A DNA stretch of 41,998 nt from Chiloscyllium plagiosum (taxonomy: Eukaryota): NCBI RefSeq assembly GCF_004010195.1, contig NC_057718.1, positions 54,541,062 to 54,583,059 on the forward strand, in the 5' to 3' direction. Under the pieces are notes generated by a model. The model ran no database searches. It was given only the letters and a program-made list of their open reading frames with translations, and was not told where the DNA came from. Shown piece after piece: positions 22,572-34,626 of the stretch. Each line of letters begins with the position of its first letter. The first letter of the stretch is position 1. The position numbers were made by a program, and so were the translations under genes.

Positions 22572-25294
22572 TGGGGAGATAGGGAGGACCACAGATGCTG
22601 GAGAAGTCCGCATCAATAAAGTGTGGCACTTGAAAAAAGCACAGCAGGTCAAGCAGCATCTGAGGAGCAAGAAAGTCAATGTCTTGGGCGTAATCCTTCA
22701 TCAGGATTAGGGAGGGAGAATGGGGCTGAGAAATAAATAGGGGGTAGGACTAGCAGAAAGATAGATGAGATGGCGATCAGTGGGCAAAGGTAGGAGGTGA
22801 TAGTGATAGGTCGATGAGAAATGTGTGGAGCCACTAGGTGGGAAGGAAGATGGACAGGTAAGTCAGGTCAAGAGGACGGAGCCAGGTCAGGTCAAGAGGA
22901 TGGAGCCAAGTCAGAGGGTTGGATCTGGAATGGGGTGGGGAGAAGGGACATTTGGAAACTGGTGAATTCCGTGTTGAGGCCATGTGATTATAAGCTACTG
23001 ACGTGGAAGGTGAGCTGTTCCTCTGCCAGTTTGTGGGTGGCCTTGTTTAGGTGGTAAAGGAGGCCCAGAATGGACATGTCACTGGGGGAGGGGTAGGATA
23101 GATGGTCATAAGAAGATAAGGTTGGTTGGTGCAAATGGACCAGAAATGTTCCCTAAACTGTTTGCGCTTGCTCTCTCTGATATAGAGGAGACCACATTGT
23201 GAGCAATGGATGTAGTAAATAAGGTTTGAGGGTATGCAAATAAATCTCTGCTGGATTTGGAATGATCCTCTGCCACCTTGGACGGAGGTGAGGGGGGAGT
23301 GTGGGTGCCAGGGGAAGATGCCAGGTGTGGAGAGGAAGTTGGTGGAGAGTGTAGAATTAACGAGAGAGTTGTGGTGGGAATGCTCCCTGCGGAATGCAGG
23401 TAGGGGTAGGGAGGGAAATATATTTTTGGTGCTGGAGTCTGACTGTAGCGCTTCTTCCTCTCCCGCCTACCCACCCAGTCCCCCTCCACTGATACTCTCT
23501 TTTGATTGGCTGAACTGATCCTCGCCCTAAACAACTTTTCCTTTCAATCCTCCCACTTACTACAAACGAGAGGGGTGGCTATGGGTACCCGTATGGGTCC
23601 CAGCTATGCCTGGCTCTTCATAGGATATGTGGAACAGTCCATCTTCCACAGTTACACAGCACCAACCCCCAACTTCTCCTCTGCTACATTGATGATTGTA
23701 TCAGTGCTAACTTGTGCTCTCATGAGGAGTTTGAACAGTTTATCCACTACACCAACACCTTCCACCCTGACCTCCTATTTACCTGGACCATCTCCGACAC
23801 CTCTCTCCCCTTCCTGGACCTCTCCCTCTCTGGCGACCGACTTTACATTGACATCTATTTCAAACTCACTGACTCCCACAGCTACCTTGACTGCACCTCC
23901 TCCCACACCCACTCCTGTAAAATGCGCGGTCCTTTACTCCCAATTCCTCCAACTTTGCTGTATCTGCTCCCAGGATGAGCAGTTCCAATCCCAGACGGGT
24001 TCTCCTACTTGTAGGACTGTAATTTCCCCTCCTGTTATCAACAATGCCCTCAATTGCATCTCCTCCATTTCCTGCACTTCCACCTTCAAACCCCAAACAA
24101 TCCTCTTTGGTCCTCACATTCCACCTCACTAATCTCCAAATCCAGTGCATCATGCTCTGCCATTTTCGCCACCTACAGACAGTCCCCAACACCAAAAATA
24201 TATTTCCCTCCCCATCCCTATCTGCATTCCATAGGGACCGGTCCCTCCGTGATTCCCTAGTTAGGTCCACATTCCCCACCAATCCTGTCTCCACATGTGG
24301 CACCTTCCCTTGCAACCGTAAGATGTGCAAAACTAGTGCCCACACATTTCTCTCTCCCCCCCCACCCCCCACCCAACCTCCGGACCAGGTCCCAAAGGAT
24401 CATTCAAAATCAGAGATTTACTTGTACACCCTAGAACCTCACTTACTGCAGATGTGGTCTCTTCTACATCAGCGAGACAGAGCACAAATTCGCAGGACAG
24501 TTCAGGGAACATTTCTGATCCGCTCGCACCAACTAACCTTCATCTTCCTGTGGCCATCTATTTCAACTCCCCCAGTAACATGTCCATTCTGGGCCTCCTC
24601 CACTGCCGAAACAAGGCCACCCACAAACTGGAGGAGGAGCACCTCATCTTCTCCCACTGGAGCCTACAACATTGAATACGCTAGTTTCACAATCTCCCAT
24701 CCACGGGAGTGGCACTGTGGCTCGATGGTTAGCACTACTGCCTCAAAGTACCAGGGACCTGGGTTTGATTCCAGCCTCAGGCAACTGTCTGTGTGGAGTT
24801 CGCACATTCTCCCCGTATCTGTGTGAGTTTCCTCCCATAATCCAAAGATGTGCAGTTTAGGTGAATTGGCCATGCTAAATTACCCATTGTATTCAAGGAT
24901 GTGTAGGTTAGGTGCATTAGTCAGAGGTAAATGTAGGATAATAGGGTAAGGGGATGGGTCTGAGTGGGTTAGTCTTCAGAAGATCCATGTGCACTTGTTG
25001 GGCACACTGTTTCCACACTGTAGGGGTTCTATGATCCAACCCTTTGATTCAGCTCTGATTTGTTGACTTGACCTGACCTACTGTCCACCTTTCTTCCCAC
25101 ACATCTGCTCCACCCTTCCCACCAACCTACCACTATCACCTCCTACCTTTCCACAGCCCCATCCCCCCCCATTTATTTCTCAGCCCCCTTGTCCCTCCCC
25201 TGTCCTGATGAAGGGTTATGCCCAAAACATTGACCCTCTTTCTCCTCAGATGCTGCCTAACCTGCTTTGCTTTTACCAGTGCCACACTTTATTA
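22572..25294. mobile_element. Penelope-like element with inverted arms (minus about 22572-23450, plus about 23450-25294)
   Basis: Plus arm: QTRGVAMGTRMGPSYA and YIDD-like RT motifs, SLPFLDL, FPCNRKMCKT, GIY-YIG remnant. The minus arm repeats the 3' part. Degenerate TSD acttctatgtataact (22556-22571) / acttctgcgtataatt (25295-25310). Confidence 0.9.
24704..25033 (+). mobile_element. HE1-type V-SINE nested in the Penelope element
   Basis: ggcactgtggctcgatggttagcactactgcctc A box, gggtttgattcc B box, V-domain-like core, actgtaggggttctatg tail; atcca on both flanks. Confidence 0.88.
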
Positions 25295-26079
25295 ACTTCT
25301 GCGTATAATTCACAATCAAATTGGTTGTGAAATAGAATATTTCTATTGTTGTGCCTGTTCTAAAACGAATTAGTGAAATTTATATTTGTTTTGACCATGC
25401 TTCGAAACAATGGTAATATATTCAGATTCTATATTATTTAGGCATTTAAGTAATTAACAATTTTGTTGTGTAAGAACAATTGTCTAAATAATAACTATAT
25501 CCAATTTTTTGCATGTCTGTTGCAAATTATTAAGTGTGGATTTAAGATATTTCTAATTTTGTTATCTTTGTTCCATGTAACTCACCAGGTGAGCATATGG
25601 TCCTTCCTCAGTACCTTCTTATTATACTCCTTAACTAACATAAAGAATTAAGGGATCATCCCATTTCTATGTAATGACGGGAGATATTACAACTTAACAT
25701 CAAAGCTGCTGAAGTTACAGACTTCTTACCTTCCACTTTATTTTGCATTGTTACTTAAATCTCAATGTAATTTGAGTGCTGTACAAAATTATTTCAAATT
25801 GATAAAGATTGGCAACACATTTGAAACTGTGAAATGTACAAGACAGGAACATTAATCCATGACGATGTTAGTGAGATGGATGTCCTGAGAGCTTTGTATG
25901 AAAAGAAAGTTCTACTTGGAATGTCTTTTTTTTTTCCAAGTATTTCAGCTGTGTAACCAGCGGATATGATTTATTTTCCATACTGGGCTTAAGAGTTGAG
26001 CAGACTTTTTTTTTTGATAGTGTTCATGCACTTTAATGAATGACATTTTGAAATGGTGTCTTTGTTGGGTTAACAATAG

Positions 26080-26241
26080 GAACTTGACACAACAACCACA
26101 AGTGATGAAAAGTTTGTATCCCACAAGTCGATCAGTGTTGGAGGACAGCAGCCAGTTGTTGTAGGAACTACTCACATCTCAAAACTGACTGATGAACAGC
26201 TTATTCAGGAATTTCTAAGTGGCTCCTATTGCTTCCATGGG
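26080..26241 (+). CDS. ERLEC1: ERLEC1 coding exon 9 (162 nt, symmetric)
   Basis: caatag|GAA...GGG|gtaaga; phase 0/0. [54 protein letters not shown]. Confidence 0.95.
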
Positions 26242-27169
26242 GTAAGAGTCCAGTCCTTTGCTCGTCTTTTTGAACAGTAGTCATAAGAATTAAATTAGGG
26301 TCACAGCAATAAATATAAAACTGAATCAATTGGCTGAAAGTTTGTCTTTGAGAAATAAAGCCAGAAGCTAATTATGTCTATTTTGAACTATTAGTTCAGT
26401 GTAAACTTGTAGAAGAGTGATGGACAGTCTATACGCAAATGCTGGAATGGATAAAAGCCTGTGTTTCATCTGCTAAACAGGATTCCAGCTCCAGATTAAT
26501 CAGGAAATAAAGTTAGCATTGGAATAATCAGCAGTGAAACTATTCCAATATGAAATACATGATTTCTGAAATAAATACATCCTTCTCTAGCAAAAAATCT
26601 AGTTCTAATGAAAAAGAAACAAACTTAGCTCAAGTTGTCTCAGTAATATTACAAATTACAGAATCGTGAATGTGAGAAATGTTGGAAGGTTGAAAAGTGA
26701 GATTGAGGAAGAATAAGAAAAATGACCTTCAAGTGATTTATTGTTGAAAGTCAATTTTAAATGATCCCTTTGACAATGAGAAGGGCTGTTAGGAAAAACT
26801 ATGCCAGAAATGTTTTGAAGCATGGAATAATTTGATTCCTGAATCAAATGTCATTGTATCTTTTAAGGGAAAAGGGCATAAACATTTTGAAGGAAGATAA
26901 AGAGCTATGGAAGAGACAAGGGAAATGAGATTCGTTGTCAGCGAGACATGATTTATATTGCATTCTATTGCTGTAAACTGGCATTCGAAAATGTGATGTG
27001 AGATGAAAATTTGTGATGATTATTTTGTTGGAAACATGAGTTTAAAGAACAATGTATGAATTTAATGTACGGAAGTTTGATTTTATTTATGTAGTGTGTG
27101 TTAACAGGGGAGACCATCATTTTTTAGTTTTGTATGGTACTGGAGCATCTAAGATTTTGTTCAGTGCAT

Positions 27170-27750
27170 CTAAATAACATCTTTGAAATGCTTGGTAAAT
27201 AGTTCAGTGCAGGACTAACAAAGATAGAAGCAAAAAACTGCTGTTATCTAATGGCAGGAGCCCAGTACCTCAGAAGTTCAAAACCTTCTGCGAGGTCAGC
27301 CAGTATGTGATGGTTCAATCGGATTAAAAAGGAATTTTTTGTCAAATTTCAGACTGGAGGAATTACAGATATTGAGCAAAATTTAAACCGGCATTTTAAT
27401 TTTTTTTAAGAAAATGTCTGACTGAAAGATGACTTCATATAAATCGATAAAATTGAGGAGGTTCAACAAGCTACTTGTGGAGCGATTCTTTACATTTGTG
27501 GGAGAATCCAAAACTATGGACGATGAATATAAGATAGTTACTAATAGGCGCATAAGAAATTTACTCTGGCTTGAATTTGGAATTGACTACCATAGAAAGT
27601 GGCTTAGGTATTTAGCTTGTTTTCGAAAGGAAACTAGATAACAACAGATGGAAAGACACACTGAAAGGCTAAGATGAGAAAGATGGAATGGAAAAAAGTT
27701 CACATGAAGAACAAAATTCCTACCAGTTAGATTGGAGCACCAGTTTCTGC
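27170..27750 (+). mobile_element. Highly degenerate CR1 3' fragment
   Basis: Decayed CR1 C-terminal text (tttacatttgtgggagaatccaaaactatggacgatgaatataag). Confidence 0.45.
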
Positions 27751-28535
27751 AATGTATCTTGTATGTCTTGAATGTTTTGTGTTTTAGAGAATTTGTTTTT
27801 ATTTATATGGAAATCCTGAGTTTGTATGGGTGTCATGTTGCTTGTTGCATGATGGTTTCCTATTTTTGTGTAAAGGAGTGTTTGAATCTGTTGTGCATCA
27901 GGTTTTGTATTTCAGCAAACTCTTAGCAGGAGATTTTTTCCATATATTTCTGATCCTTGGTTCTAAAGGTGAATATTCCTAAGCCAGTGAATCAAACAGA
28001 GAATCTAAATAGAATTGAACTGACGATTATCAAACTGAATTTTCAAAAGTAATTTTAAAAATAGAAGACGTGAGGGAAATTTCAGCCGAACATCTTGTAT
28101 ACATCTCCCGCTCCCTGCATTTCAAACAGTACAACTGCAGTATTGGGGCTGTGTAGGTGAATGCTTGGCTATGGATAGTGGGTAGTAAAGGAACACCATT
28201 GTTAGTGTGAAATAGTAAACACACTTTGGGGAGTTAAGCCATCAAAGACAAATAATTGCAATTAAAACAACTTTGAGAATGCTTTGTTCCTTTGCCAGAA
28301 GTTTAACTGTCCATCTCTCTTTTGATTTGTCTGTTTTTGTATAGTTTATTCCTGTTTTAAAAATGGTAATGAAAGGGAGTTTAATCAGCAGTGATTGAGT
28401 AGAACATCTTTAGAAGTTACTAATATTTCCTGTTTCTCTAGTTTAGATCTCGTTCCTGAAATATCTATTCTGGTTGAATTATTTGTGTCATGGCATTTCA
28501 AATATGGATAATTTGCTTTACTGTTATATTGGCAG

Positions 28536-28595
28536 GGTGTGGGATGGTGGAAATATGAATTCTGCTATGGTAAGCATGTGCAGCAATACCATGAG
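28536..28595 (+). CDS. ERLEC1: ERLEC1 coding exon 10
   Basis: tggcag|GGT...GAG|gtatgt; 60 nt. [20 protein letters not shown] (MRH2). Confidence 0.98.
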
Positions 28596-28847
28596 GTATG
28601 TGTGATTGCATAATGTTTTATTTTGTTTCCAGTAAAATGATTTTTTAAGATTTTTAATTAACGTTTAGAGGTTGAAATTAGAAAGGCCATCTGGGTGTTT
28701 TTCTGGCAGCATGGGTAAGTGGGGCCAAATGGCCCCCTTTGGTACTGTATATACTGTAACAAAATGTTGAAGCAAAATTAAAAGCTTACATCGGCATTGC
28801 CTATACTTAGACTGTATAGTGTTTTTTATCAATAATTTTATTTTTCA

Positions 28848-29260
28848 ATAGATGTGGGTGACAGTAATTAGGCCAAAATTTATTGCTGATCCTTGTTTGT
28901 ACTTGAGAAATTGCTGATGAGCTGCCTTCTTCAATCACAGTACCCCATCTGGTATGGGTACATGCACAGTGGTGTGAGGATGGGTGTTCCTAGATTTTGA
29001 CCCAGCCACATTAAGGAAACAGCAGTGCAGTGGCAATTCAAGACAGTGTGTAGCTTGGAGGGGAATTTGCAGGTGGTTGTGTTCCCATGCACCTTCTGCA
29101 CTGGTCCTTCCAGAAGATAGAGATTTTGATTTTTGGAAGCTGCTACGTAAGGAGTCTTAGTAAATTACTGCACTGCATCTTGTAGATTGTACACACTAGT
29201 GTGCGCCAGTTCATCAGTGATTGTTGGTGTGAATGTTGAAGATGGGGACATTCAAATTTC
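28848..29260 (-). mobile_element. Degenerate LINE 3' fragment (same family as 33250-33620)
   Basis: Shared blocks gatgtggg...ttattgc...gattttgacccagc...ttggagggga...ttgc...gtgcatcttgtagat in both copies. Strand inferred. Confidence 0.6.
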
Positions 29261-30170
29261 GATACAATAGTTAAAAAATTGTAACAATCTGGTTTTCTTA
29301 ATTTTATGGTATTCTTTATATACAAATTAGAGAGTGTTCATACATATTTTTCCCATGGCTGAACTCATTAAGATAATGAGTAACTAAGCCAAACACCAGG
29401 AAGCATACAAGATCAGTATTTATTGAGTTAAATGATATACACCTAGATGATCCATAGAATTGCTGCTTTCAAAATGAGACAATGATGATGTGGAGGATGC
29501 ATCACCCAGAATTTCTACTCCTGATCACTATGCAGTGAAATATTCATATGTGGCCATTAAACCCATTAGGATGCTCCACCAAGGAGTCCCTGGCTTTGAA
29601 ATAAAGAGGAGAAACATGGCAAAGCAACAACATATTTGCATATTCACTTACTCAGGTTCGCGAATATGAAGATTTTCATGTCATAGATTGCAATGTAAAT
29701 TTGGCAGTAACTTGTCTCTCACTGAGTTACTAGCTTTAGTATAGGGAACAGTAATGCTTGGTGGGTGTGACAAGCATTGGTGCGTGTCTTAAATAGTGTT
29801 GATGACTTATTAAAGAACCACAAAAGATCGCTACCATGTATATAATTCATGCTGTGCTCAAAGCCTGGAAGTGCTAAGTGCAGACACTGAGTGCAAAAAG
29901 TGGGGGATAAGATAGGAGGAATCATTGGACTCAAAATGGTAACTGTTTATTCTTCCAAAAAATGCTGCCAGAGTTGCTGAGTTTCTGCAGCATTTTCTGT
30001 TTTTAATATATGGCCTGACTTTAAGGTGAAGGCTAGTGGCTACTTGGTGTGCTAGTCTTCCCCAGAAGATAGCCTCTAATACTTTCTGTCTCCAAACTGA
30101 TTTTTCTTTCGTTTTGTTTTAAGCTATGACAAACACATTACAAGATAATTACTTTTTATATTGTCTAAAG

Positions 30171-30295
30171 GATAAAGGAGCTGGAAAAAGCATCATAGTG
30201 GTTGGTACCTGGAATAAAGAAGAACATGTCACGTGGGCTGCAAAAAATTCAGCACGGTCTTATCAATGGAGAGAAGATGGAACACAGAAAGTGAG
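30171..30295 (+). CDS. ERLEC1: ERLEC1 coding exon 11
   Basis: tctaaag|GAT...AG|gtgaat; 125 nt, phase 0/2. [41 protein letters not shown](R). Confidence 0.96.
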
Positions 30296-30319
30296 GTGAA
30301 TTTGTAAGGATTTAATGCA

Positions 30320-31650
30320 TAACTCACTGAGTAGCTTCAGCTGGAACATTGAACAACTTTGAGCATCATACTTCAGGAAAAATACAAAAGTCTATAAAAG
30401 GTAGAGGAGGTTTATCAGGACATTGTCAGTAATAAGAGTCTTAAGTTATGAAAAGAGATTCCAAAAGTTAGGACTATTCTCCTTCGAGCAGAGAAGGCTA
30501 TGAATGACCTAATAAAGGTTCTCCAGATAATACGTGCCAATAGATTTTCAATATCTACTCTATTCCCACCAACAGGTAGGTCAACAAACAGAGGTCATAG
30601 ATTAAAATGTTTGTTAAAAGATCTAAAAGGAAGACACAAAGATTTTTTGTTATTGGAATCTGAAAAGCTGCTAATAGTAGATTTCATAAAGTTGGATAGC
30701 AATTGAGATGGGCCAAAGTGCCAGATGGAGTTTAATTTAGATTAATACGAGATGCTGTATTTTGGGAAAGCAAATCTTAGCATGATTTATACACTTAATG
30801 GTAAGGTTAGGGGAATGTTGCTGAACAAAGAGACCTTGGAGTGCTGGTTCATAACTCCTTGAAAGTAGAGTCACAGGTAGATAGAATAGTGAAGAAGGCA
30901 TATGGTATGCTTTGGTCAGAGTATTGACTACAGGAGTGGGGAGGTCATGTAGCAGCTGTACAGGACTTTGGTTAGGCCACTTTTGGAATATCGTATGCAA
31001 TTCTGGTCTCCTTTCAGTGGAAGGATGTTGTGAAACTTGAAAGGGTTCAGAGAAGATTTTCAAGGATGTGGCCAGGGTTTCAGCTATAGGGAGAGATTGA
31101 ATAGGCTGGGCCTCTTTTCTCTGGAGCGTCGGTGGCTGAGGGCTGACCTTATAGAGGTTTATAAAATCATGAGGAGTATGATAGGATAAATGGACAAAGT
31201 CTTTTCCCTGGGGTGGGGAAGTCCAGAACTAGAGGGCATAGGTTTAGCGTGAGAGGGGAAAGATATAAAAGAGGCCTAAGGAGCAACTTTTTCTCACAAA
31301 GGGTGGTACATGTATGTAATGGGCTGCCAGAGGAAATGGTGGAGGCTAGTACAATTACAACATTTAAAGGCATCTAGATGGGTATATGAATAGGAAGGGT
31401 TTGGAGGGATTTGTGCCGGGTGCTGGCAGGTGGGACTAGATTGGGTTGGGATATCTGGTCGGCATGGATGGATTGGACCAAAGCGTCTGTTTCTGTGCTG
31501 TACATCTCTATGACACTATGACTCTTAATTGAGGATGAGGATATTTTCTAGTTATGGACCAAAAGCTGGATGTGGGGTTAAAGACAGTAATTTATTCAAA
31601 AAGCCAACACTGACGTAATGGGTTGAATGACTTCCTTTTGTCTTCAATCA
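30320..31650 (+). mobile_element. Old CR1 fragment interrupted by a younger CR1 (30708-31526)
   Basis: The younger copy has RTLVRPLLEY.MQFWSP and the tctctatgacactatgact tail, flanked by aattgag at 30701-30707 and 31527-31533. Confidence 0.85.
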
Positions 31651-32416
31651 TTTCTGTGGATAACATCTTTTGAGTTATCATGAGCTATCAAATAAATCTG
31701 AATTTTTCAGTTCACACAACATTTATTAAGTAAGAGTAGTTAACAGAATGTGTGATTCAATCACAACAAATATTATTCAGTCACTGTCGACTATGATATT
31801 TTTGACAGTGGAGATGTCTATCTCAGTAATTATTTTATAATGCAAGACAGCAGGCAGACATGGGATCATGTTGATACCAAGCTGTGATAATTCATGGCAG
31901 TGTGTGAAGGCCTCTCTTGCTTTTTAACACGAGACTGAGGTACACATACATTTAACTATTATCTTTGTGTATTTGAAATATGCATTGCACACTAAGTTTC
32001 TTGATTGCAATAATTCGTAGTGGCATTTGTAATAAATATTGTTTAAGATTGTAGACCTATAACACAAAAGCAAATTATCAGTTCTTGTTAGCAATCTTTC
32101 TCTGAAGCCAATGTATAAAATTACACAATTATTTTTCTGCTTCAAGGTTCGGCTACATTTGAAATCTACAATTACTTGAATAAATCTGGAATCAAGTTTT
32201 CCATGATAGAGTTATGCAAATCGTTTGGCTGATCTCCGCATGTGTTTAGTACTTTGTGGATGTATTAAATCTTCTCACTTGAATTCCATAAAGTGTTAGT
32301 AATGTAGCTCAGTCATGACTAAATGTGTCAACTATTAGTGCACCTTTTACTAAAATTAGCTGAAAATTGATGTTGTAAATACTGTTCTAATTACAGTTAA
32401 TTGCATTTTTTTTCAG

Positions 32417-32494
32417 AGTTGTTTCACATTTTTATGGAAATGGTGATCTTTGTGATTTGACAGGAAAGCCACGACAAGTGGTTGTAAAATTGAA
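32417..32494 (+). CDS. ERLEC1: ERLEC1 coding exon 12
   Basis: ttttcag|A GTT...AA|gtaagt; 78 nt, phase 2/2. [25 protein letters not shown](K). Confidence 0.98.
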
Positions 32495-32559
32495 GTAAGT
32501 CTAAGATCTTTGTCACATCGCAGATCTATTTTTATTCAGGCGTATAGATTTAACTCAGT

Positions 32560-32962
32560 CTTTTCATTTTCCAAATTGCTACACCATAATTTTAAAATTC
32601 TCATCCTTGCTTTAAATCCCCTTATATTACCCTTTCGTATCTCTGTAATCTTGACCAGGCCCACAATCTTGCAACATATCTGTACCCTTTTAATTCTGAT
32701 ATCTTGAGCAGGCCCATTTTTAATCACTGCCCCATGGGTGACCTGGTGTTACCTTGGCTATTGACTCTGGGATTACATCCATTAATCGCTTTGTGTATCT
32801 ACTGCTTTCTTTTATGACGCTCCTTGAAACCTACTGGTTCAACTAAGCTTGGCATCTGCCCTAATATCTCCTGGGGATGTAACTTGGGTCTTTTTTTCAC
32901 AATGGTCACATGAAGCATCTTGTATTATTGCATGAAAGGTGCCACACAAATGCAAGTTAGCT
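32560..32962 (+). mobile_element. L2-clade LINE 3' end
   Basis: FKILILAL and a tail ending tgaaaggtgccacacaaatgcaagtt. Confidence 0.6.
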
Positions 32963-33071
32963 GCACAAAGAGTTTGAATTTCGGGACAGCATTCATATTT
33001 GTTATGTTCTGTAACTGTCAGTCAAATTTTCTTTTTGCTTTTAACTTAAATAAATGTATACTCTGTCATAG

Positions 33072-33147
33072 ATGTAAGGAATCAGAGTCTCCTCATGCAG
33101 TTACAATCTACATGCTTGAGCCGCAAACCTGCCAATATATTTTGGGG
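33072..33147 (+). CDS. ERLEC1: ERLEC1 coding exon 13
   Basis: tcatag|A TGT...GGG|gtgagt; 76 nt, phase 2/0. [25 protein letters not shown]. Confidence 0.98.
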
Positions 33148-33249
33148 GTGAGTAACATATACCTGTTCTAACATGAGTAATATTTTCTGTGTGCATTTTA
33201 CACTTTGTTCTTTTTAGTTTCTTTGGAATAAACAGCCCATTTCTTTCAT

Positions 33250-33620
33250 TTGTTCTTGGGGTGTGGGCGTTGCTACCGTTTATCGTCATTCCCTAATTGC
33301 CCTTGAAGGATGTGGTTTACTGCCAGTTTGAACCACTACAGTTCATGTGATGTACATACACCTTTAGTGGTATTAGAAAGAGAATTTCAGGATTTTGACC
33401 CAGCAACAGCAAAGGAATGACTATATTGCTCCAAATCATGATGGTATATGACTTGGAGGGAAACTTGCTGGCATTTGAGTGTCCATGAGCCTGTCACGTT
33501 TTTCTTTGAGGTGGCAGAGAGAGGTCATGGGTTTGAAAGATGCTGTAGAAGAGCCCTTTAGGTTTCTGCAGTGCATCTTGTAGATAGTAGTAGACCCTGC
33601 TGCCACTGTACAGGAGGTGG
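33250..33620 (-). mobile_element. Degenerate LINE 3' fragment
   Basis: Homologous to 28848-29260. Confidence 0.6.
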
Positions 33621-34554
33621 GAAAGCGGGAGGTAAATTGTAAGAATTTCCAGACTCTGAACAACTTTTATAGTCACTGCCATTGTAATGTTACTAGAGCA
33701 GCTAAATTTCTCATCCGTGTAACCCCAAGATATCTCAAATTATTTATCTTATCCTTTCACTCTGTTTTCTATTCTCTTTTTCTCTCATACGCTCGTCCGG
33801 TTTGCTTTTGAAAGCATCTAAAATCTTTAACTTGACCTTTTTTCTTGGTTACAAATTCCATATTGTCAAGGCATTCATACAGCACTTAGTTAAATAATAT
33901 GGCAATCAAATGGAAAATAAGATGAGGATGTTGGTACATCTGAGCCTCCAAATAAAGCTGGAAGAAACTGATTTCCCCTGTTGACAATATGTGCAGCAGG
34001 TTTTTTCTTAAAAAAAAGTTATACATTAGCCATCATAACCTTCTAGAAGTACTTTAGAAATACACTAGTGACACCAAGGCATGCAAGAATATGGGGGCCA
34101 AGTGTTGGAAAATGGGATTGGAGTAGTTAGGTGGTTCTTTCCAACTGGCACAGAGTTGTTGGGTCAAAGGGTTTTTCTTTTCTGTGCTATAGATCTCTAC
34201 CTAGAAAATCAGCAAGTCAAAGATACCATCAAGTGAAATCGTAATGCCAGCTCTTGCAGAGTGTATCTGTTTTCCAACACCATTTTTAAATGACAGCAAT
34301 ATACTCTAATTGTATGGACAGCCGATTTTTTAATGTTATGGGCCTGCAGCAGTTTCTGTGATCTAGTTTGCTTTATCTATTGACTCCGCTGGGTCATGCA
34401 GCAGCAAGGTTTCAGGCTCATTCTCTGGTCTGTGCTAAATTAATTGATTTCTTGTATCTGGGACACTGATGTGTGATATTGATATGTAAATTATATTGAC
34501 TTCTGTTCATTGACATGATTGGCAAGGCTCAATCTGATATTTTGTTTTTCTCAG

Positions 34555-34626
34555 GTGGAATCACCGATAATTTGTAAAATTCTGGACACAGCTGATGAAA
34601 ATGGATTACTTTCCGTACCCAGCTAA
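34555..34626 (+). CDS. ERLEC1: ERLEC1 last coding exon 14 (to TAA stop)
   Basis: ttctcag|GTG...[29 protein letters not shown], matching the human C-terminus [23 protein letters not shown] (recalled). Confidence 0.98.
   Translation: MESPIICKILDTADENGLLSVPS

Noticed and set aside
23506..24826. 208- and 260-aa ORFs as possible novel genes
   Set aside because: Frameshifted Penelope RT/linker sequence running into a SINE.
29380..29720. Stretch reminiscent of an ancient repeat or conserved non-coding element
   Set aside because: Could not assign it to a family from the sequence alone; needs a Dfam search.
29795..29895. Possible C/D box snoRNA (TTGATGA ... CTGA)
   Set aside because: Non-consensus box C and no terminal stem closing the boxes; probably chance.
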